DNA of 64,000 nucleotides. Origin: a virus (taxonomy: Duplodnaviria; Caudoviricetes). This document shows positions 11,501 to 19,507 of this stretch, one piece after another. A program made the position numbers and the translations under genes. The notes below the pieces were generated by a model. The model did no database searches, was not told where the DNA came from, and was given only the letters and a program-made list of their open reading frames with translations. The stretch's first letter is position 1, and every line of letters begins with the position of its first letter. Location: the IMG/VR virus record IMGVR_UViG_2030936005_000025, positions 32,001 through 96,000 of that record; one strand, given 5' to 3'.

Positions 11501-14500
11501 AATGATGGTGCTCGTACTCGCACTATTACTCAAGACGTTCCAATTACCATTCAGAAGTACAGTGGTAGTCCTTGGGCAATCACGGTAATGGTTCCGAATA
11601 ACCCGAATAACACGACGTACAACATCGGTTTAAGTGGTTATCTTAATAGTTACCAAAACCTGAGCTTGATGGTTTACTACAAAAATGCTGCCTTGACTGA
11701 AGCATTTGCAAGCACCATTGGGATGGATGTAACTGCGGGGAGTTTCGACACTCCTGGATTCAGTAACCCAACGACACAACAGTACTACTATGTCACGGCT
11801 GGTAACACTAATCCTGGTCCTTGCTTCCAGATTCTGTTCCGGGCGGGTGCAGTTGATACTTTAGAGAAGAAAGCCGGTAAGATCAAGTTTGGTTTCCTTA
11901 ACAAACTGACTGACCCTAATTCTGTCGAAGGTCAAGACTGGGTGTATGTGGATGTATCTTGCTTAACTTATGTTTCTGGCAAGACCTACATTTACGAACA
12001 AGGTGTAACGGAATTCACCAGTAAATACACTAACCCAATTACCAAGGTCAAGTTGCCGTTCAAAATCCGTCGTGATAACCAAATGGTAGGATTGAACGTT
12101 ACTTCGTATAACCCTGCGCTTTCTAATCAGGGTAACTTGGCACTGGTGTTCAACGAGAGTGATGTGGCTACCAATATCACAGTAGGTTTCAATGCTGAAC
12201 TTGTTTCTCAGAAACAGCAGACGTTGGACACTATTGTCTGGATTGGTAACGGACAGAATAACACACTGTCTGCTCAGGGTGTGGTGAGAGCGACCCAAAT
12301 CTCCAACTACGACTTCCCAACTGTCGGAACGGTGAATTCTGTTAATGCTCAGTTGAACCAACGTGGTGGATTACCATTCACCTTGAAGGATGATTCTGGC
12401 AACGACATTACTTCTACTGCAACGATTACAGCGATCTCGACTAACGATTACGTTAAGTTAGATTCAGGTCAATGGCTCTGCTACAGTGTACGTTCTGCGG
12501 ATACTCAAATCCAAGTTACGTTCACGTATCAGCTCACTTACAAAGGCAACTTGCTCACCATGAAGCAAGATGTTCCGTTTGTGATTAAGCCGTTCACTGG
12601 TCAACCTACCGTTAGTGATGTTCAGGTTGTTAATGGGAAAGTATGGGATATCGGAAGTAAGATTCCGTTCACCATCAATATCAATGGCAATCCAGTACCG
12701 AGCACTTGGATCACAGCACTGACAGGAACCTCTGCCAATAACCGTGTTCAAGTTACCAGTCTGGCAGAACCTTGGTATATCGTAGCGGGTAGTAAGGATG
12801 CTGCTGTTTCTGATACCGTGAGCTACGTAGCAACAGTCACCGATGGAACCAATACCTGGACAGTTAAACAGGATGTGGTCTTCAACATCGCGAAATACGA
12901 TGGAGTGGAACTCTCAGCCCGTATTCTGACGTCAGGTGGTGGTAACGCTGAATTGCAAACGGTGTTCTATCCGTACAACGCAACCAGCATTGTGGGGATT
13001 ATCTTCAATCTCTACTCTAAAGGTAGGTTGGTCGCTAATACGGGGATTGCGAGTCTCAATGTAGGTAAAGGGCTCGTTGCTTCAGGAACAAGTGCATCTG
13101 GAGCCAATGCAACATGCAACATCAAAGGTAATAACACTGTTAGTGGAAATACTGAAACGTCCATGACAGTTCAGTTGACCATTCGTGGATCCGCTGCAAC
13201 AACAGAGGGTATCGACATTCTGACAGTGACCATTCCGGTGTTTATGGTTCAGGGTACGGGTCAGTTGTTGGTTCACCCAAGAACAACGAAAGCCATGACA
13301 GGCAAATACGGCACGCCGGTTTCTCTTGACGCTTATCTCATTAAGTATGTCAGTGAAGCAGGAAGTCGATTCGTTGATCTAACAACCGGTAACACTACTA
13401 TTACGTTTGCCCCATCAGACGTTATTACCTTGGTCCCTGGTTCTATTACAGCTCAAGGCTATAAGGTCAACTTCGCATCTCGTCTGTACGCGGACACGGT
13501 GAAGGATGTCGTGGTAACGGTAACCAATGGCGGTGTTTCGAAAACTTACACCTTGAACACAACGCAGTTGGCTTCTCCTGCTGATCAACCGGATGTGAAG
13601 GATAATAACGGTCAAACAGCAAGTGTCAACCAGTCTGGTGCAATGCCATTCAAGTTAGTTGATCCTGATACTCAGGAAGACGTAACCTCAAAAGCGACTA
13701 TCTCTTCTATTGCTAGCAACGATTACATCGAGCTGGTTAACGGTAAGTGGTACGCTAAGAAGGACGTGGCAACTGACACCCACACCAACGTGACCTTTAC
13801 CTTAACTTTGAATTATCGCGACAAAGATATCGGTATGGACGTTGTGGTTGATTTCTTGATCAAACCGTTTGATGGGAAGTTTACTGTCACGGACAAGAAA
13901 GATATCACCGCTAAGGTGTGGGATAGAGGAACAGTTCCTCCATTTGGTCTCAGTGTAAACGGCAACCCAGTTCCAACTTCTTGGATTACAAGCTGGGAAA
14001 CCTCGCCTACTGACACCTACGTAGCAGTTGCTGCAAATGGTTCATGGCAGGTTATTGCAGGCGATCAAACCAAAGGCGTCACTGTTACTGTTGGATATGC
14101 TGCGAACATTACTGTTCCGGGTGGGAATACCACTAAGAACGTAACGCAGGTTACTTTCAACATTAGTCAGTATGACGGTATTGAGTTCAAACTCAACCTG
14201 GCTAACCTTCAGGCAGGTAATAAAGAACTGCAAGCTATCTTCCTCACCTATAATGCCAGCAGTACCAATGGCATTTATTTCGAAGGTCGATACCGCGGAG
14301 ATCTTGTACCGAGTCCTATTGGTGTGTCGTTGAGTGGGGGTTATCTGAGAATCGGTAACGGACCTATTAATGGTGCGTCTTCCGTTGCTTGGGCAGTTCA
14401 ACCTTCCGGTGCTCCGGCTAGAGGCACAGCTGCCTGGACGGCGAGAATTAAGCGTGCAAGTAGTGCTGGTAACATTGAGAACTCAGATGTTGCTTCATTA

Positions 14501-16549
14501 CCGATCCCAGCTTATTTCGTAGTAGGTGCTGGCGATATGTTCGTTCACACTGGTACAACAAAAACAGCTTCGGGCAAGAAAGGTGATCAACTTGATCTTG
14601 TACTGAATATGTTCCGTTATTCCGGTACGCCGACGACCACAACCCTGACAGATTTGACCGCTGGCAGTACAACAGTTGAGTTCTCCCCTGCAAATGTGAT
14701 TGAACTGGTTCCTGGTTCTATTACAGCGCATGGGTATAAGGTGCGTTTCATCAACACCCTGTATCAAGACACAAATACCCAAGTTACCGCTACTGTGAAA
14801 ACAGCATCAGGTAATGTAAGTTATGTGATTGATGTGACTCAGTTGGCTTCTCCTGCTGCACAGCCTGATGTGGTTGGTAATAACACACAGACTGCTGGCA
14901 TCAACCAGACTGGCACCATGCCGTTTAAACTGGTAGATCCAGACACCCAAGAAGACGTCACTTCTGCCGCCACCGTTACTTCTGTCGACAGTAATCCTTA
15001 TGTCGAGTGGGTTGACGGTAAATGGCGAGTGAAATCAGATGTTTCAGCGGATACCCATTCCGATGTAACATTTAATCTGACGATCACTTACCGCGGCATC
15101 ACCAGTGACATGCATGTTACCACGGACTTCCTGATTAAACCATTCGACGGTGTATTCACGTTTGGTAATGTCGAGCCGATCTCTGGTAACGTGTGGGATC
15201 GTGGTACTGCTATTGACATGGGTATTAAAGTCAACGGCAACGCGATCCCGGTAGATTGGATCACAGGTTATCTGGCGACTCCAGAAAGCAACTACGTTAC
15301 TGTTGGAGCTAACGGTGTATGGCAGATTGTTGCGGGCAGTAAAGACGAAGCAATCACCGAAACTGTAGGTTACACAGCGACTGTTGCTGTTCCAGGAACC
15401 ACCTCTTATCCAGCCACTGTTCAAGTGACATACAACATCGGTAAGTACGATGGGGTTGAATTCAAACTTCGACTCACTAATCTGAACGCGGATGATGTGT
15501 TGTTTGGTCAGGCAGGATTGGCGGCTCGTGGTTATCTGGAAGGCAGGTATCGTAATGATCTGATTGGTGGAACTTCAGGATATGGATGGACAGTAATCAC
15601 TCGCGTGAACTTACATCCGACGACGCCGATTTCAGGTGTTAACCTCAGTGGGTCTTCTAAGATCTATGACTTTAATACTGTTGACGCGCCGGCTGCTCGG
15701 GCACAGAACGTGGTTCGTTTCGTTCGCCCTGGTGGTAAAGATCCTAAGACTGATAACACTGCTGTTAAAGATGTTGACTACGTTGATATGGTTATTCCGA
15801 TCACCACCTGGAAATCCGACACACTCGTAGCTGGTCAGACCCCAGATAAGTTTGAAGGTAAACTGGGTGATGTACTGGATGTGAGAGCCAACGCTTACTA
15901 CAGTAGCACCAGACTCAGTCTTGACTCCAGTGTACTTCAAATCACGCCTGACGCCTCCCTGGGTATTGAGATCGTTCCTGACTCTATCACCGCGGATGGT
16001 TTCAAAGTGAGATTCGTTGCTGACGTAACAGAACAGACAACTGTCGCATCTGTTATCACGTACAAGTACACGAATGGATCTACTACTGGAACGGCTACCC
16101 CAGCGTTTACAGTGGTTCAGAATCCAGGAGATGTCAGTCCTGATGTTAACGCCACCGGCACCATGGCACCTATGAAATACGGCGAGACTGGTAACATCGT
16201 CTTGACGGGCACTGTAGGTTCTGATGCACTGGCTGGTAAAGTCACCTTCGTTCCTGAAAGCAGTGACAATAAGGGACTGGTCACGTTCGGTGATCCTGTT
16301 AACAATGAAGACGGTACAGTTTCTATTCCTGTTACCGCTGACAAAGTTGGTAAAGATAACCTGACTATCCATATTACGGTAAATGGTGCAACCGGAAATG
16401 TCTCTGGCAAGGATTATTTGGATGTCATCGTCGCAGCTGAAGTTACCTATGGTGATCTCGGTGAAGGTGATGGCTTTGAAACCAATGCCACAGGCACGAG
16501 CGGTGAACCTGTAACTGTTATTCAATGGACGTACATGCCAGAAGAGTAA
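2555..16549 (+). CDS. Giant 4664-aa tandem Ig-like-repeat protein, probable fibre/adhesin with a distinct N-terminal anchor domain
   Basis: Uninterrupted 14-kb ORF with SD aggag; about 40 ~100-aa beta modules with a recurring K(I/V)WDxG motif; Gly/Pro linkers; internal duplications. Confidence 0.8.
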   Translation: MAELIKVNKKVINDPLFTPVIAFLKERIANLEINGPEDELALSKQRYDGLVAGDLVIESAVRFPDNVVRVCIISRKTGFARVDLDIKYAKMKDILEDFTVPLVEIEDVDHLKTYVKANSDIEPTLLYLKYKDTYGVLITQDQAKTHEGPMTAFGNLFFENYTTTRESLNSIDWESLECGTVTITDPSFGQGVYPLFIYELVLAEAQLPEITSNLPTSITSRRGETFDIPNTYWFAGTQDITTTATVELSTKLGYANLERSSDLLQIDGETIYGSADQEITDTIVVRVSYDWNGKLVRKNFYIELKIEKDLPSELVITSVPTEVKATSGDIVELTLTAKLRGDKVEILIPPTMLRSQKGFGNLAYVKTNKDLTMVYRGKVNVSWPRDVEQVADLWYAEFSYNDAGTIIKNTAYINSILVKPETLPAFTVTGVPTLLQGYKNQTGKYKPTVMYGEQEIALTQVQIDTGVQGSKQLVDITEVTDAGVSWKLIDDSQTPGTAIRDSFTQTYEWLDPRGVLQTKSFVIQVNVLLDSIVELVPVPPQPRNVVRYQTGGPTFTFMVNGTPRSGLIRTIRVDPIADPKKQYIVNNPKANNQWMVALADETGPVDYTANFTITALVDGVIKTYKFPQEFIIAKYVPGTNDTGSNTGPGGNTGPTDPTSPGGEGNPNSPGSGDGPYNTNIKAEPLSYSIGDKGEKSAKLTFKVLEGTTDITADCHLLTESTVTPSNVSFDNLTYDADNNVFVVDYTKLGKGQSEGAVFACKKADANPAKVDIARIWINTKIGIGDGPPVDDSDPDNPGGGPAPGETGTGPGGSTGPTDPTEPGGDQNPDSPGEGDGPYNADITAVPTSFTIGGESDKNYKMSFKIFQGTEDVTAKSEIMSDYTVLPEFVTLNPITYDATNNVFVMTYTKDKGGESQGAIFAKLKATQNPTKKEIARVWLNVNITQTKILKVINPPKSINLDVGVGNDFPLTVEFSGKEINLLEPGLTIEKTPVTDTRIEVIDLNAILLMNDTWSYVGTTNKEVSGFKLTYVDPEDKKEYTTSFPFDIYVTYPALELKYTGPQEINAKIWDTGTFPIQLIAGTKDFTSSIVATSVVTGKKYVSVNKLDWDVILAESTATSQIVGLNIGWRVGKSSGNFPADFKFNLAAWDGITFAETAHSPEKIEGASGDKGEFTASFIYKGKDATATTKFDKASSTIPDTVILGTPAYDADKGLVIPYELTLGGDFPMTLVFVSPSDPDMTVSINVDTSVAWPDDINIVNKGDNVRGYWNDSVTYPLVINVAGTPVNLTDANLSLNFSSGDDNPIELTEAKETSLILLLAKGGDLGTSYDYTITIDLEYTNQATGKVYNKQIEVPATIRVPDVKATNNPTINANVFDIGKIPVTLVDERGKTIEITKWGLSGAGTNVILMDPSNWYITNGSTIGSVPGELPLRLGYTMGGVERTIDVLEKFTIAKWDGVYFKATTKVVKIEGNGGDTGEIPFEFTYQGLPSVGVTLDRSRSDIPDNIAIGELDDENNLTYTLSGQDEGDLKLCFVRPDAIEPMQEGRDYALVSFSVKTTSTNLPFTLESSDNKVDVDWGKTATVKFVVKYGDKVVPNDTPGLKITLADAAVHGISIQKVTKDGIEIKGIRSDVAGSTKSYAETFNVSYEVGAPEPKQVSFDTTANVSMGAATIFNNNDVKVKIWDTGSFAQVVQFNGITLNTIDHFEIQNSADNKYIEVTPPRGYEVIGAEIATGSQEIPMTVYYRVDGTTELQKLDFKATFTITGSTSVRFKVTPSPTKVEGSLNNESVVRCTPIYKDKPVGGRATFKPALSTIPPQLTLKDFKVVNNDYVITFVGAKGGLATMDLVFWAPDVTDPPKARDVATATFDVKVMGELGLEIGTRDNLLTGKNADTGTYRLQILFGGIPIDAAADIASGNLTATREAGVPSSMNANVITIDKWNAESYDYTLAGCVQPNATVNVSDFINLTYKYGGTNYTRRVEIPLKYTSSTPDFTGWPTAYLKVFSKGTLSPTVKCDGVTINGINSIANYGDTDDAYVTLGGTTKQYEIFNGDTVDITHLVHARVIGLYRNWTWTAEIDIPFNILAWNQRTWDPTLSGAPWSVYMDLTGTATRQVNLTAYYRNGLYSGFSSKTGDLIYRDKTDLLGLVGLDYSAYASATTQFYRMTAKKPGKGTLKLSFRNPESTTVPGKEGVDYTNVDYDVEVKENTLIGSTSGTPTGGNGDTATITLVVRQESNNSQIQNTNQYLEIATVNEDVFKITSKAASTITVLVTAPLSVPDGVVNVPMTFKYTDPNTGFVTKGTFDYPFIIKRPSDYPTVRQTNTVQTYRLFDYGPNPFTVTSEGQNVSAKVIPISCNDTISAGVGTGNQPPYMEMSYNDPVDGNWFWITKVFNVSQSQGRVSEWVIRVPYRGSTVDITARFSYNLYGGTNITEFYVAANQSKFLTMKVGDQVTLPFTIKYRNLAYGKAVFKPDAVATEQGYPTPFSENYKFIKQEYDPSTQLTNITFEVVKLNLNATVPFIFDLKADQTNPVMNSNRGLGFSVAYGLTITPSTDNIWNMWQTRFLSGMVSIKDGSTELVSSCTVLSVSSPLFVQQSTGVNPRFALQSDVAIPAQKLDVVYEIQLPAAYFNTVIKVTIPANINEYDGVEFYIERNGSGPSWPVAAIGSTKVAVDYLWCYYRGSRMTASLIPSQVTSTTAALREKNKDVDGGSGLIWNGMSYNTSSNLQFLSFSSGRQINGKDVVFPIDYKGPGYDNYPVGTKGKNYFEYTVPAAKFYENALYPYPSDKVIDQVQGSKGDRVNVPITFTVGKDFTDNPILPGNLTSWVIINASDLAGVVSKPSSNPNTATGIVLQVNLDNRGDDVLVNVPIRFTYNTTYRGTSINSSVDMTVPLLIKGTGTGDQVVVTPGTFTNSRVWDVSGPALAITVNGVAITYNQITDIQIAPNPYIRRPEVNPNTTSRWFEIYNGKTDGPTQTTATFTVTFNDGARTRTITQDVPITIQKYSGSPWAITVMVPNNPNNTTYNIGLSGYLNSYQNLSLMVYYKNAALTEAFASTIGMDVTAGSFDTPGFSNPTTQQYYYVTAGNTNPGPCFQILFRAGAVDTLEKKAGKIKFGFLNKLTDPNSVEGQDWVYVDVSCLTYVSGKTYIYEQGVTEFTSKYTNPITKVKLPFKIRRDNQMVGLNVTSYNPALSNQGNLALVFNESDVATNITVGFNAELVSQKQQTLDTIVWIGNGQNNTLSAQGVVRATQISNYDFPTVGTVNSVNAQLNQRGGLPFTLKDDSGNDITSTATITAISTNDYVKLDSGQWLCYSVRSADTQIQVTFTYQLTYKGNLLTMKQDVPFVIKPFTGQPTVSDVQVVNGKVWDIGSKIPFTININGNPVPSTWITALTGTSANNRVQVTSLAEPWYIVAGSKDAAVSDTVSYVATVTDGTNTWTVKQDVVFNIAKYDGVELSARILTSGGGNAELQTVFYPYNATSIVGIIFNLYSKGRLVANTGIASLNVGKGLVASGTSASGANATCNIKGNNTVSGNTETSMTVQLTIRGSAATTEGIDILTVTIPVFMVQGTGQLLVHPRTTKAMTGKYGTPVSLDAYLIKYVSEAGSRFVDLTTGNTTITFAPSDVITLVPGSITAQGYKVNFASRLYADTVKDVVVTVTNGGVSKTYTLNTTQLASPADQPDVKDNNGQTASVNQSGAMPFKLVDPDTQEDVTSKATISSIASNDYIELVNGKWYAKKDVATDTHTNVTFTLTLNYRDKDIGMDVVVDFLIKPFDGKFTVTDKKDITAKVWDRGTVPPFGLSVNGNPVPTSWITSWETSPTDTYVAVAANGSWQVIAGDQTKGVTVTVGYAANITVPGGNTTKNVTQVTFNISQYDGIEFKLNLANLQAGNKELQAIFLTYNASSTNGIYFEGRYRGDLVPSPIGVSLSGGYLRIGNGPINGASSVAWAVQPSGAPARGTAAWTARIKRASSAGNIENSDVASLPIPAYFVVGAGDMFVHTGTTKTASGKKGDQLDLVLNMFRYSGTPTTTTLTDLTAGSTTVEFSPANVIELVPGSITAHGYKVRFINTLYQDTNTQVTATVKTASGNVSYVIDVTQLASPAAQPDVVGNNTQTAGINQTGTMPFKLVDPDTQEDVTSAATVTSVDSNPYVEWVDGKWRVKSDVSADTHSDVTFNLTITYRGITSDMHVTTDFLIKPFDGVFTFGNVEPISGNVWDRGTAIDMGIKVNGNAIPVDWITGYLATPESNYVTVGANGVWQIVAGSKDEAITETVGYTATVAVPGTTSYPATVQVTYNIGKYDGVEFKLRLTNLNADDVLFGQAGLAARGYLEGRYRNDLIGGTSGYGWTVITRVNLHPTTPISGVNLSGSSKIYDFNTVDAPAARAQNVVRFVRPGGKDPKTDNTAVKDVDYVDMVIPITTWKSDTLVAGQTPDKFEGKLGDVLDVRANAYYSSTRLSLDSSVLQITPDASLGIEIVPDSITADGFKVRFVADVTEQTTVASVITYKYTNGSTTGTATPAFTVVQNPGDVSPDVNATGTMAPMKYGETGNIVLTGTVGSDALAGKVTFVPESSDNKGLVTFGDPVNNEDGTVSIPVTADKVGKDNLTIHITVNGATGNVSGKDYLDVIVAAEVTYGDLGEGDGFETNATGTSGEPVTVIQWTYMPEE
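4490..5400 (+). repeat. Internal duplication of Gly/Pro/Asp linker plus Ig-like module (period 486 nt)
   Basis: TGPGGNTGPTDPTSPGGEGNPNSPGSGDGPYN vs TGPGGSTGPTDPTEPGGDQNPDSPGEGDGPYN; each followed by a similar module (..RIWINTKI / ..RVWLNVNI). Confidence 0.9.
12310..16130 (+). repeat. Three tandem ~425-aa (four-module) units in the giant protein
   Basis: MPFKLVDPDTQEDVTS, (K/N)VWD(I/R)G, NGN(P/A)(V/I)P..WIT, YDG(V/I)E(F/L) recur; cagttggcttctcctgctg at 13565 and 14840 (1275 nt apart). Confidence 0.9.
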
Positions 16550-16581
16550 TAGATCGTATCCCTTAATAAAGGACTTTATGA

Positions 16582-18153
16582 ATGACCACCGCTAACCAAG
16601 TGTTAAGCGTTAACGGTCAGAAGTTAAGTAATAAGGATCCTGATTTGACAATCACTCTGGACGATCATCCGGTCGTCCAGATTTCTTCTATTCAAGAGGA
16701 GTCCATTACGTACTCCTTCTTGACGAATGTCGAAGCAGAAATCTCTTACAACCTTAACCTGACATTTACGTACAAGAACAAATATCGCCTTGTTGTTCCG
16801 ATGACCTTTGTTCACAAAGTGTTCACGGAGAACTTCGTGATTGCACCTGAGTTGTCAGAACTCTCGACAACCACTGATCATGACTTCACCCTTCTGTTTG
16901 ATGCAACGCTAAACGGAACTGGGAATGCTCGTGACATCTCACTGGACACCGCTAACTCGACATTGAGTGCAGGCATCAGTGTGGTTTCTCAAGCAGCACA
17001 GAGTGACACGCAATACCAGGTTGTCCTGAATGCGCAGTCACCGGTTGAAGCCGATAACACCTTCTTGTTCTTAAGAGAAGGGAAAACCGCCGATGGTAAA
17101 GAAGGCAGTGACTTTGCGAAAGCTGTGATTAAACTGGATATCAAGAATGGTATCAACACAGCCACGTGGGATCCTAACTTCAAAGCCGTGGGTGCAGATC
17201 GAAACTACATCCCAATTACCGTTGTTGATAAAGACGGTAATCCGCTGGAAGGTGTCACCATTTCTTCACTGAACATTACTGCTAATCCGCGTAATGGGGT
17301 GTTGAATGGATACAGTAACACGCTCTTAGCAGGGGATGACGGTCAACCGGGTAGTTACAAAATCCGTGTTGATTTGGATCATTTGCCAGGAACAATTACT
17401 GTTAAGTTGGCACTCTCCTTTAACGGGACTACTTTCACTATTCCTGATGAAGTCTTTACGGTCCCAGCCGGTCCTTATACCGTGACCGTGGATCCAGCTT
17501 CTGTTGTTCAAGATCAAACGGTTGATCTGAGTCTGAACATTATTCAAGCACGTTATGGTGACAGTAACCACAAGTTCACTGGTCGCATTACTGCAATTGA
17601 ATCAACTGAAGATTCGATTACTGTTAACACTCCAACGCCTATCACGATTACCGATGGTGTGGCTTCTATTAATGTCACCGGTAAGAATCCTGCTGAAAGT
17701 ACCATTGCGGCCACTGCACAGGAATATGATAGCAATATGGATGTGTGGCGTGAAGCCGGTGAAATTCACATTTATGTGAAGACTATCGCTGCGCCTGATG
17801 TTGAACCAGAAATCCAAGATGGCACCACAGACATGACTCTGAATCTGTGGGATACACAAGCTATCAATTATAAAGTAATGGCAGGTGAAACGGATATCAC
17901 GTCTAGCGTTACGAATGTCACGGATCAAACTGATCCTAACGACGCGATCGAGCTGGTTAAAGTCGACGATACCCACTGGGGCTTCCAAGCCGTTAAAGCA
18001 CGCACTGATGAGGATCTGGTTATCGATGCTATGGTAGATGTTCACGTTATGTATCAAGGTACCGAGCGTGTCATCCCAATGACTATCGATGTGGTAGTGA
18101 AAGCCAATACTACTGGCATTCCTGAAAACCGCTTCAACGTCGAAATGCTTTAA
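16582..18153 (+). CDS. 523-aa Ig-like-repeat fibre protein (putative adaptor) with C-terminal donor-like strand NRFNVEML
   Basis: SD aagga; modules paralogous to the giant protein; begins mid-module; last module paralogous to the last module of the 414-aa ORF. Confidence 0.75.
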   Translation: MTTANQVLSVNGQKLSNKDPDLTITLDDHPVVQISSIQEESITYSFLTNVEAEISYNLNLTFTYKNKYRLVVPMTFVHKVFTENFVIAPELSELSTTTDHDFTLLFDATLNGTGNARDISLDTANSTLSAGISVVSQAAQSDTQYQVVLNAQSPVEADNTFLFLREGKTADGKEGSDFAKAVIKLDIKNGINTATWDPNFKAVGADRNYIPITVVDKDGNPLEGVTISSLNITANPRNGVLNGYSNTLLAGDDGQPGSYKIRVDLDHLPGTITVKLALSFNGTTFTIPDEVFTVPAGPYTVTVDPASVVQDQTVDLSLNIIQARYGDSNHKFTGRITAIESTEDSITVNTPTPITITDGVASINVTGKNPAESTIAATAQEYDSNMDVWREAGEIHIYVKTIAAPDVEPEIQDGTTDMTLNLWDTQAINYKVMAGETDITSSVTNVTDQTDPNDAIELVKVDDTHWGFQAVKARTDEDLVIDAMVDVHVMYQGTERVIPMTIDVVVKANTTGIPENRFNVEML

Positions 18154-18162
18154 TTTTAAATA

Positions 18163-18180
18163 GAACCTCTTCGGGGGTTC
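18163..18180 (+). terminator. UUCG-tetraloop hairpin between the 523-aa and 414-aa genes
   Basis: gaacctc-ttcg-ggggttc followed by attctttatt. Confidence 0.65.
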
Positions 18181-18204
18181 ATTCTTTATTACATAGAGGT
18201 AAAA

Positions 18205-19449
18205 ATGGATAAGCAACTTACATTGCTTGAAGGTCAGAGTGGTAGCATCAAAGTCAAACCTACTTTCGAAGGCAAGGCAGCTGCAGATAAGGTTGAACTG
18301 TCGCAGTCACTGAGTAACGCGGATATTCTCCAACTGACCTCGGCACCTGTTGCCAGTGAGAACAACACTGTTGCTACTGTCGCCGTCAAAGTGGGTGCGA
18401 TTGCTGATCTGACCGGTAACCTGGTGTTTAAATACACCGGCAATGAATCTGAAGTCGAAAACATCGGCATCAGTACCAAAGAGATCGGCATTAAAGTTAA
18501 TGCTGCTCAACTGGCGACCCAAGAAGCTCCCTCACCAACCAAGTTCAAGTACACGCCGGGTGCCCAGCTTGTTATCAACGTTCTGTATAAGAATGGCGAT
18601 GAGAATCTGGAAAACACCGATCCACATCTGAATCTGTCTGTGGGTGACTCTGTGTTGGAACTGGTGAGTCGTGATGCGACTGGCGTGACTTTGAAAATCA
18701 AAGACGACGCTGATCCAGCCACTGCTCCAGGTGTTCTGCAACTTCTGGCAACTTACTACTCCGGTAGTTCAAGCACTGACTTGACTCTGGTTGCTAAACC
18801 AAACCTGACTATCGAGACCACTCCACTGAGTCTGACCAATGGTGAAAACCATGCGTTCCCAGTTGTGGTTAAGAAGGGTGATGACGATATTACTTCTTCT
18901 ATCACCAACATTCAGGCCACCGCGGATGAATACTTCACTGTTGATGCCAACGGTAACATCACTGTTATCAAAGCAGATACCGCTGAAGTTCAACGTACCA
19001 TCCACTACACCTTCGACTACACCGAAGATGGTCTGACCTGGACCTACACTGCTGACGTTACTGCGACTATCGCAGCGACCGAAACTCCTGACCAGTTCTC
19101 GCTGACCGATGTGTCAACGCCACTGACGATGGATCTGTGGGCTAAACAGACCCTGAGCTACAAAGTGATGGACGGCGAAACTGATGTTACTTCAAGCGTG
19201 ACCTCTGTGACTGTTAGCAATGCTGACGCGATCAAAGACAAGTTCGAAGTTACTCAGGACGGCGTTACCACGACCTTCCAGTCTGTTAGTTCTAGCAGCA
19301 CTGAGCAGGTTACCGCGACAGCTAACGTTGTTATCGCTGGTACCTACAACGGTCAAGAGTTCAGCCTCCCTGCTGACATCAATCTGGTTACTAACGTTAA
19401 CGACGGTAGCATCCCTACCAACCGTTTCGACGTTCAGATGGATCAGTAA
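18205..19449 (+). CDS. 414-aa acidic four-module Ig-like protein (putative polymerising shaft subunit)
   Basis: SD gaggt; N-terminal module lacks its first strand; C-terminal tail IPTNRFDVQMDQ; codon choice typical of high expression. Confidence 0.75.
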   Translation: MDKQLTLLEGQSGSIKVKPTFEGKAAADKVELSQSLSNADILQLTSAPVASENNTVATVAVKVGAIADLTGNLVFKYTGNESEVENIGISTKEIGIKVNAAQLATQEAPSPTKFKYTPGAQLVINVLYKNGDENLENTDPHLNLSVGDSVLELVSRDATGVTLKIKDDADPATAPGVLQLLATYYSGSSSTDLTLVAKPNLTIETTPLSLTNGENHAFPVVVKKGDDDITSSITNIQATADEYFTVDANGNITVIKADTAEVQRTIHYTFDYTEDGLTWTYTADVTATIAATETPDQFSLTDVSTPLTMDLWAKQTLSYKVMDGETDVTSSVTSVTVSNADAIKDKFEVTQDGVTTTFQSVSSSSTEQVTATANVVIAGTYNGQEFSLPADINLVTNVNDGSIPTNRFDVQMDQ

Positions 19450-19459
19450 TTTAACGAGC

Positions 19460-19485
19460 GAGAGGGTTCCGAAAGGAGCCTTCTC
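19460..19485 (+). terminator. GAAA-tetraloop hairpin between the 414-aa and 296-aa genes
   Basis: gagagggttcc-gaaa-ggagccttctc followed by ctcttt. Confidence 0.7.
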
Positions 19486-19507
19486 CTCTTTAACATAAGG
19501 AGGTAAT

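Noticed and set aside
12310-16130. Repeats as template/variable repeats of a diversity-generating retroelement
   Set aside because: The repeats are in-frame coding duplications, differences are not adenine-specific by eye, and no reverse transcriptase is in the window
15632-16525. 297-aa antisense ORF inside the giant gene
   Set aside because: Shadow ORF expected from biased codon usage on the + strand; no SD or recognisable motif
16547-16582. Simple stop-codon readthrough or a sequencing frameshift fusing the giant and 523-aa genes
   Set aside because: Tandem TAA TAG stops, a further in-frame TGA, a different frame and a proper SD before ATG 16582; the split pattern repeats at two more junctions, which argues against an error
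18154-18204. Self-splicing intron in the fibre-gene gaps
   Set aside because: Gaps of 32-58 nt are far too short for group I or II introns and contain ordinary SD sequences
17602-18216. 204-aa antisense ORF over the 523-aa gene
   Set aside because: Same shadow effect; the + strand ORF has clear paralogy evidence
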